From Takakia lepidozioides (lineage: Eukaryota > Plantae > Bryophyta), in the NCBI GenBank assembly GCA_030704615.1, contig CM060731.1, forward strand, positions 54,684,001 through 54,748,000: a DNA stretch of 64,000 nucleotides, given 5' to 3'. Below are positions 1 to 12,100 of this stretch, piece by piece. The notes under the pieces are model-generated. The model ran no database searches. It saw only the letters and a program-made list of their open reading frames with translations, and was not told where the DNA came from. The position numbers and the translations under genes are program-made. Position 1 is the stretch's first letter, and the number at the start of each line of letters is the position of its first letter.

Positions 1-182
1 ACGCAGACAGGGAGGAAGACGACCCAACGGAGGTGAGATGGACAGTTCCGCAAGGGGAAGATGGGATTTTCGAAAGCCTGGCCAACGAGCAGTCCGCTGG
101 AGATGAGAGAGGCACTGAGGGGGTGGAGGAGGAGCAGGACAGTCTAGAACAGGATGAGGATTCGGATAATTTTCAAGATTAA
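1..182 (+). CDS. 3' end of a gene homologous to the C-terminal tail that follows ParB-MTase paralogue 2 (gene starts before the window)
   Basis: The frame from nt 3 reads ADREEDDPTEVRWTVPQGEDGIFESLANE...QD*. EVRWTVPQGEDGIFE is identical to the peptide in ORF 36900..37202(-), and both are followed by an acidic tail. Confidence 0.75.
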   Translation, partial: ADREEDDPTEVRWTVPQGEDGIFESLANEQSAGDERGTEGVEEEQDSLEQDEDSDNFQD

Positions 183-318
183 TAGAATTTTAATGAAGTC
201 TCTGTAAATGTAAATTCTCTTCCAGAGTATATAAAGGAAATTCTGCCCGACATTCGTGACCCCTCTCCAGTGTGCATTCCAGCCACACAATCGCCCAAAC
301 CACGACGCTCCCAAAATC

Positions 319-1065
319 GGAAATGGGGCACCGCATTTCCAAAACAGGGGAACTCTAAGAACCTCTTTTCGAAATGCGGCACCGCATTTCCAAAACAGGG
401 GAGGGACTAAATTTTCCATTTCAATCTTGGCATAGTAAAAAGTAATCTGAATTGGAAATGCGGTGCCGCATTTCCAAAATTTCCTTTGTCCACACGCCAG
501 TTTTGGCCTCTCCCACTCATTGCATGGATGCCACCACGCTTACAGAGGTCGAACAACGAGGTCGAACAAGGAGGTCGACATGGTGGGATTGAAAATGCGG
601 TGCCGCATTTCAGTATTGGGGATGGTCGTTGTTCGAACTGCAGGCCCATCAGCAAAAAATTGGCACCGCATTCCATTGTTAAATAAAAGTCGATGACGGA
701 CATGGAAATGCGGCGCCGCATTTCCAGAACGGACATCGCAATTTGTCCATCTGCAGACCCTCTCTCGGAAATGCGGTAACGCATTCCATCGCGCTGGTCG
801 GAAATGTCACACTTTTCGAAGTGTTGTACGGAAATGCGGCACCGCATTCCCTTGTCCAAAAAGAAGTTTCCATTGCCAAGCTGGAAATGCGTCGCCGCAT
901 TTGCAATGCCAACCTCGTTTTCTGATCAATTTATAGACCCGTGTTGGTATTTCGTGTACCTGGACGGAAATGATGCACCGCATTTCGATGTCCGACATGG
1001 AAATGCGGTGCCGCATTTCGGTGCCGACATGGAAATGCGGCGCCGCATTTCGATGTCCGACATGG
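319..1065. repeat. Dispersed array of ~12 palindromes, consensus GGAAATGCGGCGCCGCATTTCC
   Basis: Copies near 319, 371, 453, 591, 703 (perfect 24-mer TGGAAATGCGGCGCCGCATTTCCA, 703-726), 767, 830, 882, 966, 998 and 1030. The central CpG is often mutated to TG or CA. A further copy lies at ~2168. Confidence 0.95.
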
Positions 1066-1308
1066 CGTTACTCTGGTATATTCTTGACACATGACTCACA
1101 TACCGGTTACTCTGCTATATTCATCCGGACAGACACATTGTAGAAATGAGACATCAAATTGTAAACAGTGGGCCAATTCCGACAGTTATTCAACACAATG
1201 AAACACAATCATATAGAAGTGAGGTACGATGGGTTTATTGATCGGACACGATGTCTCACATTTACCAAGTGCAGACAAAACTAAGCCCTTCCTCCTTCTA
1301 CATGGGCT

Positions 1309-1887
1309 TCACCAAGTCGACGGAACTTCGATACCCCTCAAAACAAGCTCATCACTGCTGCGGCACCTCGAGGTAAACTGCAATTCGGTCGTTCTGCTGC
1401 CCTTGCTGGAGCCGACGACAATGTCATGTCCATCAATGATACCACCATCATACATTGACAAGGTCACTGTGGGCCTCATGTGCCCGTGCGATTCGTCTTC
1501 GCAACGCAGCCGAATGTCTCCATACACTGGAAGAGCGGAGTGATCTGCACGTATATAGTTTTCCCCGGTGCCGTCCTCCCTGGTCCACTGGCAGCAGTTC
1601 CAGCGCCAAAGCGAGGCCGTGCGTGATCTATCCGGCATCCCTTTCCAGCTTGGTATATCGAGGTCAACAATTTTCAGGACCCACGGACCGCATTGACCCT
1701 CGCCCTCACCTCGCTCAAAGCGGTAATAGCCCTCCAGATACTCCATTGCGCGCAAAGACTCTTGCTTGATTCCAGCAGCGTCTGTGAAAATAGAGAGCCA
1801 GACAATGATGTCTCCTGATTCTGGTTTGAACATAGCATAATCGTGGCCATGATAAGGGCAGTCGGCTGGATTTCGGCGGCACGGCAT
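1309..1887 (-). CDS. Unknown ~192-aa intronless protein, paralogue A of a head-to-head pair
   Basis: Open frame MPCRRNPADCPYHGHDYAMF...ELVLRGIEVPSTW*. It aligns end to end with 2438..3001(+), and similarity starts just before this ATG. Confidence 0.75.
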   Translation of the reverse strand: MPCRRNPADCPYHGHDYAMFKPESGDIIVWLSIFTDAAGIKQESLRAMEYLEGYYRFERGEGEGQCGPWVLKIVDLDIPSWKGMPDRSRTASLWRWNCCQWTREDGTGENYIRADHSALPVYGDIRLRCEDESHGHMRPTVTLSMYDGGIIDGHDIVVGSSKGSRTTELQFTSRCRSSDELVLRGIEVPSTW

Positions 1888-2437
1888 CCTTGAAAAAGAG
1901 TAACGGAGTACGCTCAATGACAGCAGCTCCCGGATGGAGGAGGAGCAGCGCGGTGGCTGGAAAAAGTTCAAGCTAACGCTGCAATTCCTCACAAACACTC
2001 CAGGGCACATTTAAATTTCCCCCCTACAGGATCCTGGACCAATGAAGATTGGCTGCTGCATGAATGTAGCCGTTTCAGTTTCCTACCCTGCCATGCAAAC
2101 TATGGGCAGTCACTGCCAGGTGGGCCGATAGCCACTGGACACGACGAAGTCCATCCCCTCTTCGATGTAAATGCGGCGCCGAATTTCCATCCGGGGGGAT
2201 GGACTTCGGTGGCAGATCTCAAACTATAACTTGTTGATGAGAAAGATATATGGCTTCATCCACCGCTGGCGTGATGAACACGTTCCACCTCCGTCGGTGG
2301 GTACGTGTGACCCAGATGCTCCATTATTGGAGGCCGGACTGCTCTTCCGCTTCGTATCATTTCCAAAATCTAAGGGCTTCGTAGCTGTCCGCAAGGTCAT
2401 CGGCATCCAAGTCGTCCTCAGGTCCTCCTTTGCAAGG

Positions 2438-3001
2438 ATGCCGTGCTTCCGGAACCGGGACGACTGCCCCTTTGGAGGCATCGATTATGCAATGTATTCG
2501 GCCACATCGGGAGACATTGTTATCTGGTACACAGATTACACAGAAGATACTGGTTCGATTGTGGAAACATTGGTGGCTTTTGAGTATATCGTAGGCCACT
2601 ACGCCTTCGAGCGGGGTGACGATCTTGGTTTGAGGAGTCCGTGGCTCCTGCGCATCCTCGATTCCGATTTTCCCAGCTACGACGGTCACCCATGCAGAAG
2701 AAGGCGCACTGCTATGCTGTTGCGGTGGAACTGCTGCCACTGGACGTGGGTGGACTCCATCGGAGAGACCTATTCTCCTCGAGGAGTGCGCTCCTCTTCT
2801 CCATTGTATGGGGACATTCGCATTGGTGTGGACGACGAAAACGTGAAGATTTCCATATTCGATGGTGGTATGATTGAAGGGCAGGACATTGTGGTGAACA
2901 TCACTAGGGGCGGTACAACGGCTGCAATCGACTTTACATGGAGGAGCCCCAGGACTCATGAGCTAGTTCTGAGAGCAGTCGAAGTCCCATTGACAACGTG
3001 A
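2438..3001 (+). CDS. Unknown ~187-aa intronless protein, paralogue B of a head-to-head pair
   Basis: MPCFRNRDDCPFGGIDYAMY...ELVLRAVEVPLTT*. Shared motifs are DYAM, SGDI, EYxxGxYxFERG, PWxLxIxD, RWNCCxWT, YGDIR, DGGxIxGxDIVV and ELVLR. Confidence 0.75.
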   Translation: MPCFRNRDDCPFGGIDYAMYSATSGDIVIWYTDYTEDTGSIVETLVAFEYIVGHYAFERGDDLGLRSPWLLRILDSDFPSYDGHPCRRRRTAMLLRWNCCHWTWVDSIGETYSPRGVRSSSPLYGDIRIGVDDENVKISIFDGGMIEGQDIVVNITRGGTTAAIDFTWRSPRTHELVLRAVEVPLTT

Positions 3002-3325
3002 CTTGTATTCAGTAGGCACAGGGCTCAAGATTTGAGGGCACAATCAGCACAGTAGACGTGCTTCAAATGCAATTCATGTGGATCAATAAAAACCTCATTG
3101 TGCCCTCTTTTTATTCTATTCTGTGTCCATCGTTCCGAGAATGCGTCATTGCTCATTTCGTTTGGGATTGGGAGTGTGGGTGAATTTTGCAAATGGCTGG
3201 TAGGCTGAAATGGGCCCCCATTGTACAGAGCAGTACCACCCTACCATTCGCGAAACATTGCCTTTCAATATATAATTCTAAATAACATTGCCGAACCTCC
3301 TTCATCGGGAGGTCCTTCTCCCCCT

Positions 3326-3465
3326 ATGACCGTGGCACCCTAAACCCTATTCCCGCGGACACTCATTTCTGGAAAATAGTGCTGCTCATGTTTTTTTCCA
3401 CACTTACGACTCTGCTCCTGGCTCATGCCGCTCATGGCTCATGGCTCATGAAATAGCAGCCCCCC
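3326..3465 (+). mobile_element. Putative transposon terminus ending ...GCTCATGAAATAGCAGCCCCCC
   Basis: Homologous to the reverse complement of 36601-36713 (AACCCTATT...GGAC, GCTCATG repeats, GCTCATGAAATAGCAGCCCCCC). Unrelated sequence begins right after the C-run in both places. Confidence 0.75.
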
Positions 3466-4720
3466 TTCCAGTGCCTCGGCCATAGGCGGGGCAATGAGAA
3501 GTGGGGAGTGAGCCAGGCAAGCATTGAGTGTGGCTGCTGCTACAGGCCTGTCACTCTTAAAGAGGGTCTGAAGTGGCTGGCAGCGAATGTAGCCATGGGC
3601 TGCCCTGCCTTCTCAGCCTAGTTTTTGCAAAGAAGTACTTGGACATTTTTTCGCCCTTGGATGACCAGTTTACACCTGCTGACAACTTAAGCTTCTGCTC
3701 CTGCAGGTCTTGGAAGAATTGCAGATTTTGTTTTGCTTCCAGGTAGGTATCGTAAGTTTCTTGATCACAGCGAGGAGATTCCATTCTTCTCTGACAGACT
3801 GAGAGGCACTTGATGAGTGCCCTTACCCTCCTTTTTCTAGTGGCTGCAATCTCTCTACTCATCTGCTGACTGGCTGCCCCCACTGCTTTGAGCTTGGTCA
3901 TGAACTTATCTGATCGGTTTTGGGAGACAGTGCCAGCCTGAGACCAAGCTGTCCGCAAGCCTTGTGTGAACTCCGGGATCTGTAGCAGAGAGGCATTCAT
4001 TTTGTAAAGACCCTTGCCCCTTGGCCGAGTGTTTGGAATATCCAATGAAGCCTCAATGACGGCGTGATCAAAGCTAGGGTGGATGGGCTATTGGGGTAGC
4101 CTCCGGGACCATTGGATATAGTCCAAGGAGGCGTAGAATCTGTCCAATCTAGCCTTCTGGAGATCCACGAGAGCTCTGTTATTTGACCAAGTGAAGACTG
4201 AGCCAGAGGGGGGGTATAGGCCCCGGTTTGCCGCTTCTATTTCCACCAAATTGTGGTTGAGGGTGAGGGAATGTCAGTGTTGTGTCTCTGCCACGTCTGG
4301 GTTAAACTGTCCCAAGACCCCGTCTGTCAGTAGGAGACTCAACCATATTGAAATCTCCTGTCAGCACCCAGAAATCTATGTCTTGTTTTAGTTCCATATT
4401 GGTATTTATGGATTCCCAAAGTTGTGCCCTTCCTGCTGGCGAGTTTGGAGCATAAATATTAATTAACCCCAGCCGGCCACCTTTGGCTGGAAGGTCTATG
4501 GCACAATATTGAACTCTGCCTGGAACCCATGAGCCTTCCGAGACTATATATTGAAAGAGGGATGGGGAAACCAAGATGGCGGGTGCCTCCTCTGGAACCT
4601 TCGGAAGTTGGTTTCAAGAGGGAGTTTGCCCGTGGCCAGAGATTATCTGAGAGAGAAGCAATTTTCCCTAAATCAAGTTTGTGTTCTTGTAAGAAGAGAA
4701 TTGCTTCTTTTCAAAGGTGA
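3466..4720 (-). mobile_element. L1-clade LINE ORF2 fragment (APE endonuclease plus linker), degenerate
   Basis: Motifs INIYAPNS, WVLTGDFNMVE, FTWSN...ARLDRFY, FDHA, YKMNASLL and GEKMSKYFF; frameshifts and stops present. Confidence 0.9.
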
Positions 4721-5900
4721 GAACACCATTTTAATTAAATCCGGACTTTTCACTTAAATCCGGACCAAACTTGATACACGACAAAATTGAATTGAATTAA
4801 ATTAATCAATAAATAATGTTTAAAAACAAATATATCTAATCATATTTAATCATTTAACTTAGAAACAAAATCAAAGGGCTTAAAAAACTGTTGATTATTG
4901 AGATTTAAATGTAGCAAGACTTTTAAGAAGTTATCATTATACAAATTGGATGACATATTAGTTATAGTCAATTTAATTGTCAAGGGGGTCTAGCCTGATA
5001 CAATTGAGATATCATTATATTTGTAACATGGTTGATGTTATAATTTGAGTCAAAGCGTCAATATTGACAAGTTTGATCATTAAAATTGAAATTTTATTGA
5101 ATCAAACACTTAGCAAGCAAATATAGGATTTAGAGCAAGAAAAGTGTCGATGACAAAAAATTATTCACATGTCGATATGAACTATCAATCAAATATCCCA
5201 ATCAATCTATTGTATCCAAAAGCAAGAATTGTTTTTCCTCAATGAGGTTCAAACATGGATATAAGCTACTACTGATATGATTTATGATAAACATATTTAA
5301 TATCAATGAAAAAATATATGCAAGTTTGTATTTTACCTGTAAATACTTTCAATCAATATCCCAACCAATCTATTGTACTACCCAAAGTTATATCCTACAT
5401 CCAAGCTGAAAACTAAATTTAATTGATACGCTTGAAACATTTGGATTAAGTTTTAGGATATACTACCCGCGTTTAGGTCTACAAAAGCTACTTGGATGAA
5501 AAACAGATTTGGGATAGAGTATAAAAATAATCAATTGAGGATCTCAAACTGTGACTCTAATATACTTTATTCTACCCCAAAGCTCGAGAAAACAAATTTG
5601 AATGAGCTTCAAACATTAGAAGGTGGATTTTGGGGTAAAGGATTTATGGTACTAAGCAAAAAATCCACAAGAACTAAAATTTATAGAAGAGTGTTTAGGA
5701 CCTATAGAATCATTCAATTAAATGTCCCAACTATGATTGTATCATATGCCAGTGCTAGAAGTTGTTTTTTGTAATGAGCTTCAAACATGGATATGAAGAT
5801 TTTGGGGTATACTATCCTAGTAATGGACAAAGTTTTTTCTACAACAAACTTACCAACCTTGTCTTTTTACGGCTATACTCGTTTGAAATCCAATAAACAT
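4720..5900. other. AT-rich non-coding block with internal repeats, possibly a non-autonomous DNA element
   Basis: Sharp drop in GC. AAATCCGGAC is repeated (4737, 4757), ATATCCCAA-CAATCTATTGTA twice (~5192, ~5357) and AATGAG(G/C)TTCAAACAT three times (~5241, 5601, 5773). No termini identified. Confidence 0.3.
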
Positions 5901-7299
5901 GACTAGCTAGCAGCAGTCATCCGGCAGATTGATACCAGATTCAATATACCAAAAGCTTCACCACCATGAGACATCTTTCCAAATACTCAAATTTGTTAGA
6001 CTATTCATCGACATCAGAAGACAAATCAATGATATTGCTTGTGTGCTCTGTCTTCTTGTCTCTCTTCCTCGTGACCTCATTGAGTCCAGATTCTCCAACA
6101 TCCTCCGTGTCCAGCCTTCAATCTCTCTTCTTATCATGCCGGCGATCTTGGATAGAAGGGTGTGGGAAATGATTTGCTTAGGAAGAAGAGACCTTCAATA
6201 TTCTCGGATCACTGTTACAGATTCCAGAGATAGGCTTCGGAGAGAGGCTTCGCTTATGCCCACTCGCTACACAGTGCTCATCTGAACCTCCCATTCTTCT
6301 TGTGAGATGACTGACCTGCACTCGACCCCCACGAAGCTTCCAAGTTTCTAGCTCGCGGAGTTGGTGACTTGCTTGGTGATGTGAGCTTTCAGAGTCCCCC
6401 ATGGTGAGGAGCTTGAGCAGAGGCTACAGTGTGCAGAGTGCTAGATAAGCATAAAGGTTTGGAGACGGAGGCATATCTTTCATTGATAAAGCAACACACT
6501 ATATACATGAGGCAGTCCTGCTAAAAATATCCCAGAGCGGTGCATGTCTATCTCGCTAAAGATATCCCTGAGTATCTCTCCGAAACTATAGCTGCAACGA
6601 TGAGCCCACCGCTCGCTCCTGAGTTCATGCCTGCGATGAAGGTTCCAAGTGGCTAGCATCTCAGCTTGACCACTTGACCATTGACAGGTGACTCTCAACT
6701 GACTCGCTCCAATCCCTTCGTAACGACCCCCACATCTTTGTCTTCTACATTCATGAGCTTCATTACTTTTTGGGCGACTTCTGGATTTCGCAAGCAATTT
6801 ACTCGTGCAGAAAGAGGATACAGACCTGTCCGATCAAGACTTCTGATCATCTCGACTTAGCATGAGAGGTGAAGTCTCCAGTGCTAGGCCAGTGCTCCTC
6901 CACGTCCGTCTGTCACAACCCTCCCCTCTTCCCCCCCCCCCCCCCCCCCCCGGGTGTTGCATCTCCATTCTAATTGATAGTTTTCGCTCGAGTAGCATAC
7001 CACAAAAAATGAGTAGTCTTAGATCAGTGCGACATAAGTCTACACATTGCGACTTGCAGAATTCGATGCTGCAGAAATTCAGCAGCATCGTGGACCGACA
7101 CAGACATTGAGAAAGCGACAGTGAGAGGGCGAGACCATGGATGGACTGGAGGGCTCGGGTGTGGAGCAAGCTCCCTTCCGAGTTGTTGTAGCCTGCGAGG
7201 AATTCGCCGTGCTTCAAAGTGCAAGTTTTGGATCCATTTGTTGGTTGCTGGACAACCATGGACCTACAATGCCTGCGACAACATTTGCCTAAATTGGGT

Positions 7300-8950
7300 T
7301 TCCGGTTCCCCGTGTGACTTGTGTCAGCGGCAGGAGGTCTGCTCTTATCACGTCACGAACAAATGTTGTTCATGGTCAGTACACTGTGTACAATCCGCTG
7401 CAGACCACTGCCCGCCCTACCTTGCGAGGGCTCCCTGTCGAAGCTAGGATGTTGTTGGTGCACCAGGACGGCTCCTACAAGTTCTGATGGTAAATAGGGA
7501 GTCGGAGTTTGTTTTGAATGGAACATGTTTCCAAGAGACAAAAAACAAAAAGGAATGATGTACTTGTACTGTGCTGACCCTATTAATTAATATACCTATG
7601 GTTCGTGTTTATTGTTTTTTTTGGGACTTCTGTGTGCAGGGCCCACCACTTATTAACTATTAAGTAGTAACTTAATAAGTACTAGGCAAAGGGCTCTCCT
7701 TTATATACCCTCTCAAGGCGGTGGGACCTTCTAGAAGGTTGCCCTGTGACAGGTGAGCCCTAGAAATGGGCATGCCACACCTTCTTCCTTCTTACCAATT
7801 TGCAGCCTGAACCCTTCCCCATTTAATAGCTGTCGGCTTCATGCCTTGTTTTTTCTTACCCCCCTTACATGAGGGTTACTAATTCAAGTGGTGGTGTAGC
7901 TTACTATATCACCCGCTTTTTAATTCCCGGACCACTCTCTAATCTTCACCCCCCTTCAAACCTGGGCACCTTATTTATTGAATGTGAAGGCTGTAGCTTG
8001 AAACTGTTTCAACACCTCCGGGATGCGGTGCCCACTTGTGAGGGGACACCAAATAATCTTAAGTTATATGATGGACTGCAGCCTATCCATAAATTGCCTT
8101 AACCTTTTCATGTGAAAAAAATCAATGGCAGTCACATCCAGGATCCAGGATACTTCAGCATAAATTGCCAACATGGGTTTATTTAGTGGTGACCTTGCTG
8201 GAGGACTCAAGGAAACATTCATCTCAATGGACCATCCACCCGCAAATCTGTTTCGAAGTAAGTGAATTTGAACAATCCAAGTGCCCAAAACTCCCTTTTG
8301 ACAGTAAATTGGAATCTTGAAGTGTTTCTCTCTCACTTTCAAGCAAGTGATATTAAACCTCCTGTCAAGTGTTATCATAGCTCTCTCAATGAACTAAGCA
8401 AGGCTTCCCTCAAATGTCCCAACAGGGTGGTTTCTGATACCAGAGCTTTTAATAACTCTCCTAGCCCTGGGCCTCACTGGCCATCCTATCTTTGTCCATC
8501 CAGCACCATCTGGAAAGCCAGTTTCATTAAGTTTGTGAGCTTCCGATTGCAGTGACAGTGTACACTAACATGAGAATGTGAAACACAATCAGCTCCATTT
8601 TCTTCCAATGGAACTTGTTGAGATTAAATGTCCGTAAGCCCAGCAAGTTGCAAGATAGCTCCATACAAAGGAAAATATCCATTGTCCCTGCACTTTCCCT
8701 TCAGCAGGGGAGTGCCCTGCTGTCCTGGCAGGCGCCACAGTACTGCAAAACAAGGTTCAGAAGATAGCGAACCACATTTTTGGAGCATGGAGGTTTAAGG
8801 GATTGGTCGCCCATTCATTGTGTGTCTCCTAGGAAGGCCGCCCTCACTGGCGTGTGGGCCCACTCAAGGACAGCCCTTGATCTTTCAGAAGCTCACCTGC
8901 CCTCAACCTCCTGTTGCGCTCTCGTGATGACCTGCTAGAAATCAACATCA
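7300..8950 (-). mobile_element. Possible highly degenerate LTR retrotransposon relic
   Basis: LTR-like stretch with TATATA and TTCTAGAA, beginning TGTAAGGGGG on the minus strand at ~7869. Only faint RT/RNase H-like peptides at 8400-8800. Confidence 0.25.
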
Positions 8951-9107
8951 AAGTGTCAATTAATGCTTAATTGACCCCTACTGGTGACAGGTCAACAGGG
9001 TTATGCAGATGCATATCTTCAATGTTGATACTACTGACTGCACGAACTATATGGAATTCGGCATGCAATTATGAAAGCCCCAAGTGGAGGCTTTCAAGCT
9101 AGCTAAT

Positions 9108-12100
9108 CTAAAAGGTTTGCATAGATGTTTGCTCAATCTGTGGTGCTGTCAGTTTGCGCCTACGTGTGCTGGTGTCCTCCAGAAGTGGGGTGGGGGCCGA
9201 CTCTTCTACCTCCTCTGTTCTGCACGTCCCATGTGGCTGGTCGATCGTCTTGCCCTGAGAAGAGTACCCCAGAACACTGATAAGACTGACAATTACAGGA
9301 AGTCTTGAACAGTGCAATCAATAGAACAATCATAGTGGCCCTGTCCTTTTGTCCAAGCCAGTAGCAACTCATGCTTTGCTCACTGCTAGATAGATTCAGG
9401 AGTCTTGCTCGAAAAATGAAACTGGCTCAAATGTATAGTAAGATCTACCCAATCTGAGAGTCAACTCTTTGTCCAGCTTGGTGCTTTTCATGTCAGTTGG
9501 AACAAAAACAGATTACTTGCCTTAACTATACAAGATAAATGCTGATTAGTGACTTGCAGACATCCAAAAAAATCAGAAACAACCATGGAAAACACTTGTC
9601 CTACTCGTAGACCGCAGCTGCTCAATCCTTCCAATGATGGTGTCCTTAACCAAACCTCCTCACAATTATCCTTCTTCTAGCACGAGTGGAAGACGACCTA
9701 GTTTCTGTGGGATGGAAAAGATACCTAGGGCCGCTGCTTCTCTTATGTGAGTGAGAATGCAATGATGATTGCAACACTTGTAATGCCTCTTCTGCAGCCT
9801 GCCAGGAGAAACCAAAAAGAAAAACTAGTTCTGTTGGAAATTCTCTTCCTGCCCTTTTGTGATCTAAGATAGAGAGAAACTCTGCTGAAGACAGTGTAAT
9901 AAGAGACATTGCCCCTTCCGGGTATTGTGACTCTATTTTGTGATGAAAGATGCTTGCCAATGCACTATATTTATCTTGACGTAGCCTTTCGGCCATGGGA
10001 AGGTGAAGAGAGTGGGCCCACTACTGGGCCCACTACCTGTGGAGAGGACACAATTCCAGTGCACTGAAAAACACTCATACTGAAAAATAAGAAAGAATGA
10101 ACCAATGGAGATCCAGAGGGCCTGTGGACATTGTGCACAAACCAAAGGATGAAATGCACAAAAATGAAGTGGCGCCTAAGGGAGAACTTCAGTCTTAATA
10201 ATTAACAGCTTGTATCAAAGACAAGGACTCAGAGAGAAAAAGAAACACTTGTCTTCTGGAGTCTCATAAGTAGCACAGTTAGCAGTATTTTGTGGGAGGC
10301 ATTGGGTACCACTGCTATCTTCAGTGTGGTGGCTGACTCAAACTATTGGGCGTACAGGAGTAATATAGGGCATTCTTTGGTCTGTTCCTCTGGTCAAGAT
10401 CGTATTGCTCATCATCGTTTGATCCAAACAGCCTTACGTCAGAATTTCTTTCCTTCGGGTTATTGCCTTTGCAGGTAGGTTTGAAATTTTGGCTCTTCAG
10501 GTGGCAGGTGCTACCAGTTCAAGCTTAAGGCTGCATCCCTGAAATGCCTCCCTAAACTGTGGCTGGGCTGGTGGGCAGCGTACACTTCCAGTGAGTTCAG
10601 TTTTCGTTTTCACAGGGCTCCCATTTGGCAGCTTCTCTTACCTTGATTAACATAGCCCTTAGAGACTTTCCTTGGCTTTGCAAAAGTATGACATGGACAG
10701 GGTTTTCATGATGCATGATCTGGCGTCTTGCCTTTTTCTGGAGTTAAAGAGAAAAGAAAAAACACTGAATGACCCACACACACCCACCTGATGCTTGGCT
10801 GTATCCCATAGGGGCCCACTTCCCTTGCCCAAAATGCGTCCTCCAACCTCCGCCTGCCATGATAGGCCACCAGCTGTTCAGCCCTTCCTACTGCTACGAA
10901 ACTGAGAGTGCCTCATAGTTGTACTACACTTGTGCTAAACAGCTCTCAGTGGATACATACTTCTTGATTTGGAAAGAAACACTGAAGAAACTACATGCTT
11001 ACCAAGTAGAGGTTCCCAGTATGGTTCCCTTACGGTCTAGCAACTCTGCCAAAAAAGCAGACGTTATACAATAATGATGGACATACCTGACAATGCAAAG
11101 TCCGACGGTAACCAATCCCACTTGATGGCAGAGCTTTCCATTGCACATTAATGCCCTGCATTGTACACTAGAATGCACGAAGACAACCTTTCAATGAGAA
11201 TGAACTACTTCTAATGTGGGTCAAGTAGCATCTTATGCCCATACAGAAGAGACTGTACTCATAAGACGTTTCCTGTAGCCTTGTGGACATAGACCCTCAT
11301 ACAGAAGAGATTGTACTCTTAAAACTTTGTTTACTGGAGAGAAGAGAGACTGTGACTAGGATGGACTGGATTTGCACTTGATGACATCAATCATTCCGTC
11401 ATTGAAAACAGACATGCCTATGGAAAAGTAGCTTGCAGTCCATTGCAGAATTTTCAGAACTGTGCAAATGGTATCTACCGCCATGGGTAAGACAAATAAG
11501 AGGGAGGGAGGAGGGAGAATGGAGTGGCAAATTTCTTGCTGTATACAATAACTTCATACATCCCAATATCACAGCTGAAACGAGATTTCTGCCTAAGAGG
11601 CTCTGTAGAGATGTACCAAGTCCTTCAATGCAGTAACAGGATTATATGAAGGCTCCTTTACGGGTCGATATTCCCCAAAAGGGTCATGCCCTGAGGTGCT
11701 AGCAATAGGGGTGTCACCATCCATGGCTACTGACCCAATACCAGCAGATAATGAAGGATCTCTTGGACTGCGGCCCAGTACCCGGTCCTCTTCCCCTGGT
11801 CCTGGGTAAGCAATGCTAGTTGGCTCCGATCCAAGACCTGCAGAAGGGTTCCCTGTATAAGCAGATACATAAGACTGTTAGCCCTAAGATCAGGAAGAAA
11901 GTCAGCACAGGCCTCATGTACAAAGAGCGGCCCACGTCTTTCTGTTGATGCCCTTTTTATAATCTCGAATGGCTGCGGTCTCCAATCATACCACTTATGT
12001 TCCATAAGTCGTCACCTAGATGGAAAAGAGCACCGCTGTACAAAATGCTAACAAGGGAAACCCTGAATCTCAACTCAGCGTCCCTCTGACACGACATACA

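Noticed and set aside
319-1065. CRISPR array (palindromic repeats with variable spacers; also 43330-44866)
   Set aside because: Spacing is irregular, spacers are related to each other or tandemly duplicated, there are no cas genes, and the context is eukaryotic.
5929-7447. Protein-coding gene among the short ORFs at 5.9-7.4 kb
   Set aside because: No recognisable motifs or consistent exon chain; left unannotated.
8433-8442. tRNA-iMet primer binding site TGGTATCAGA on the minus strand
   Set aside because: Only 10 nt match and it is not preceded by an LTR CA end.
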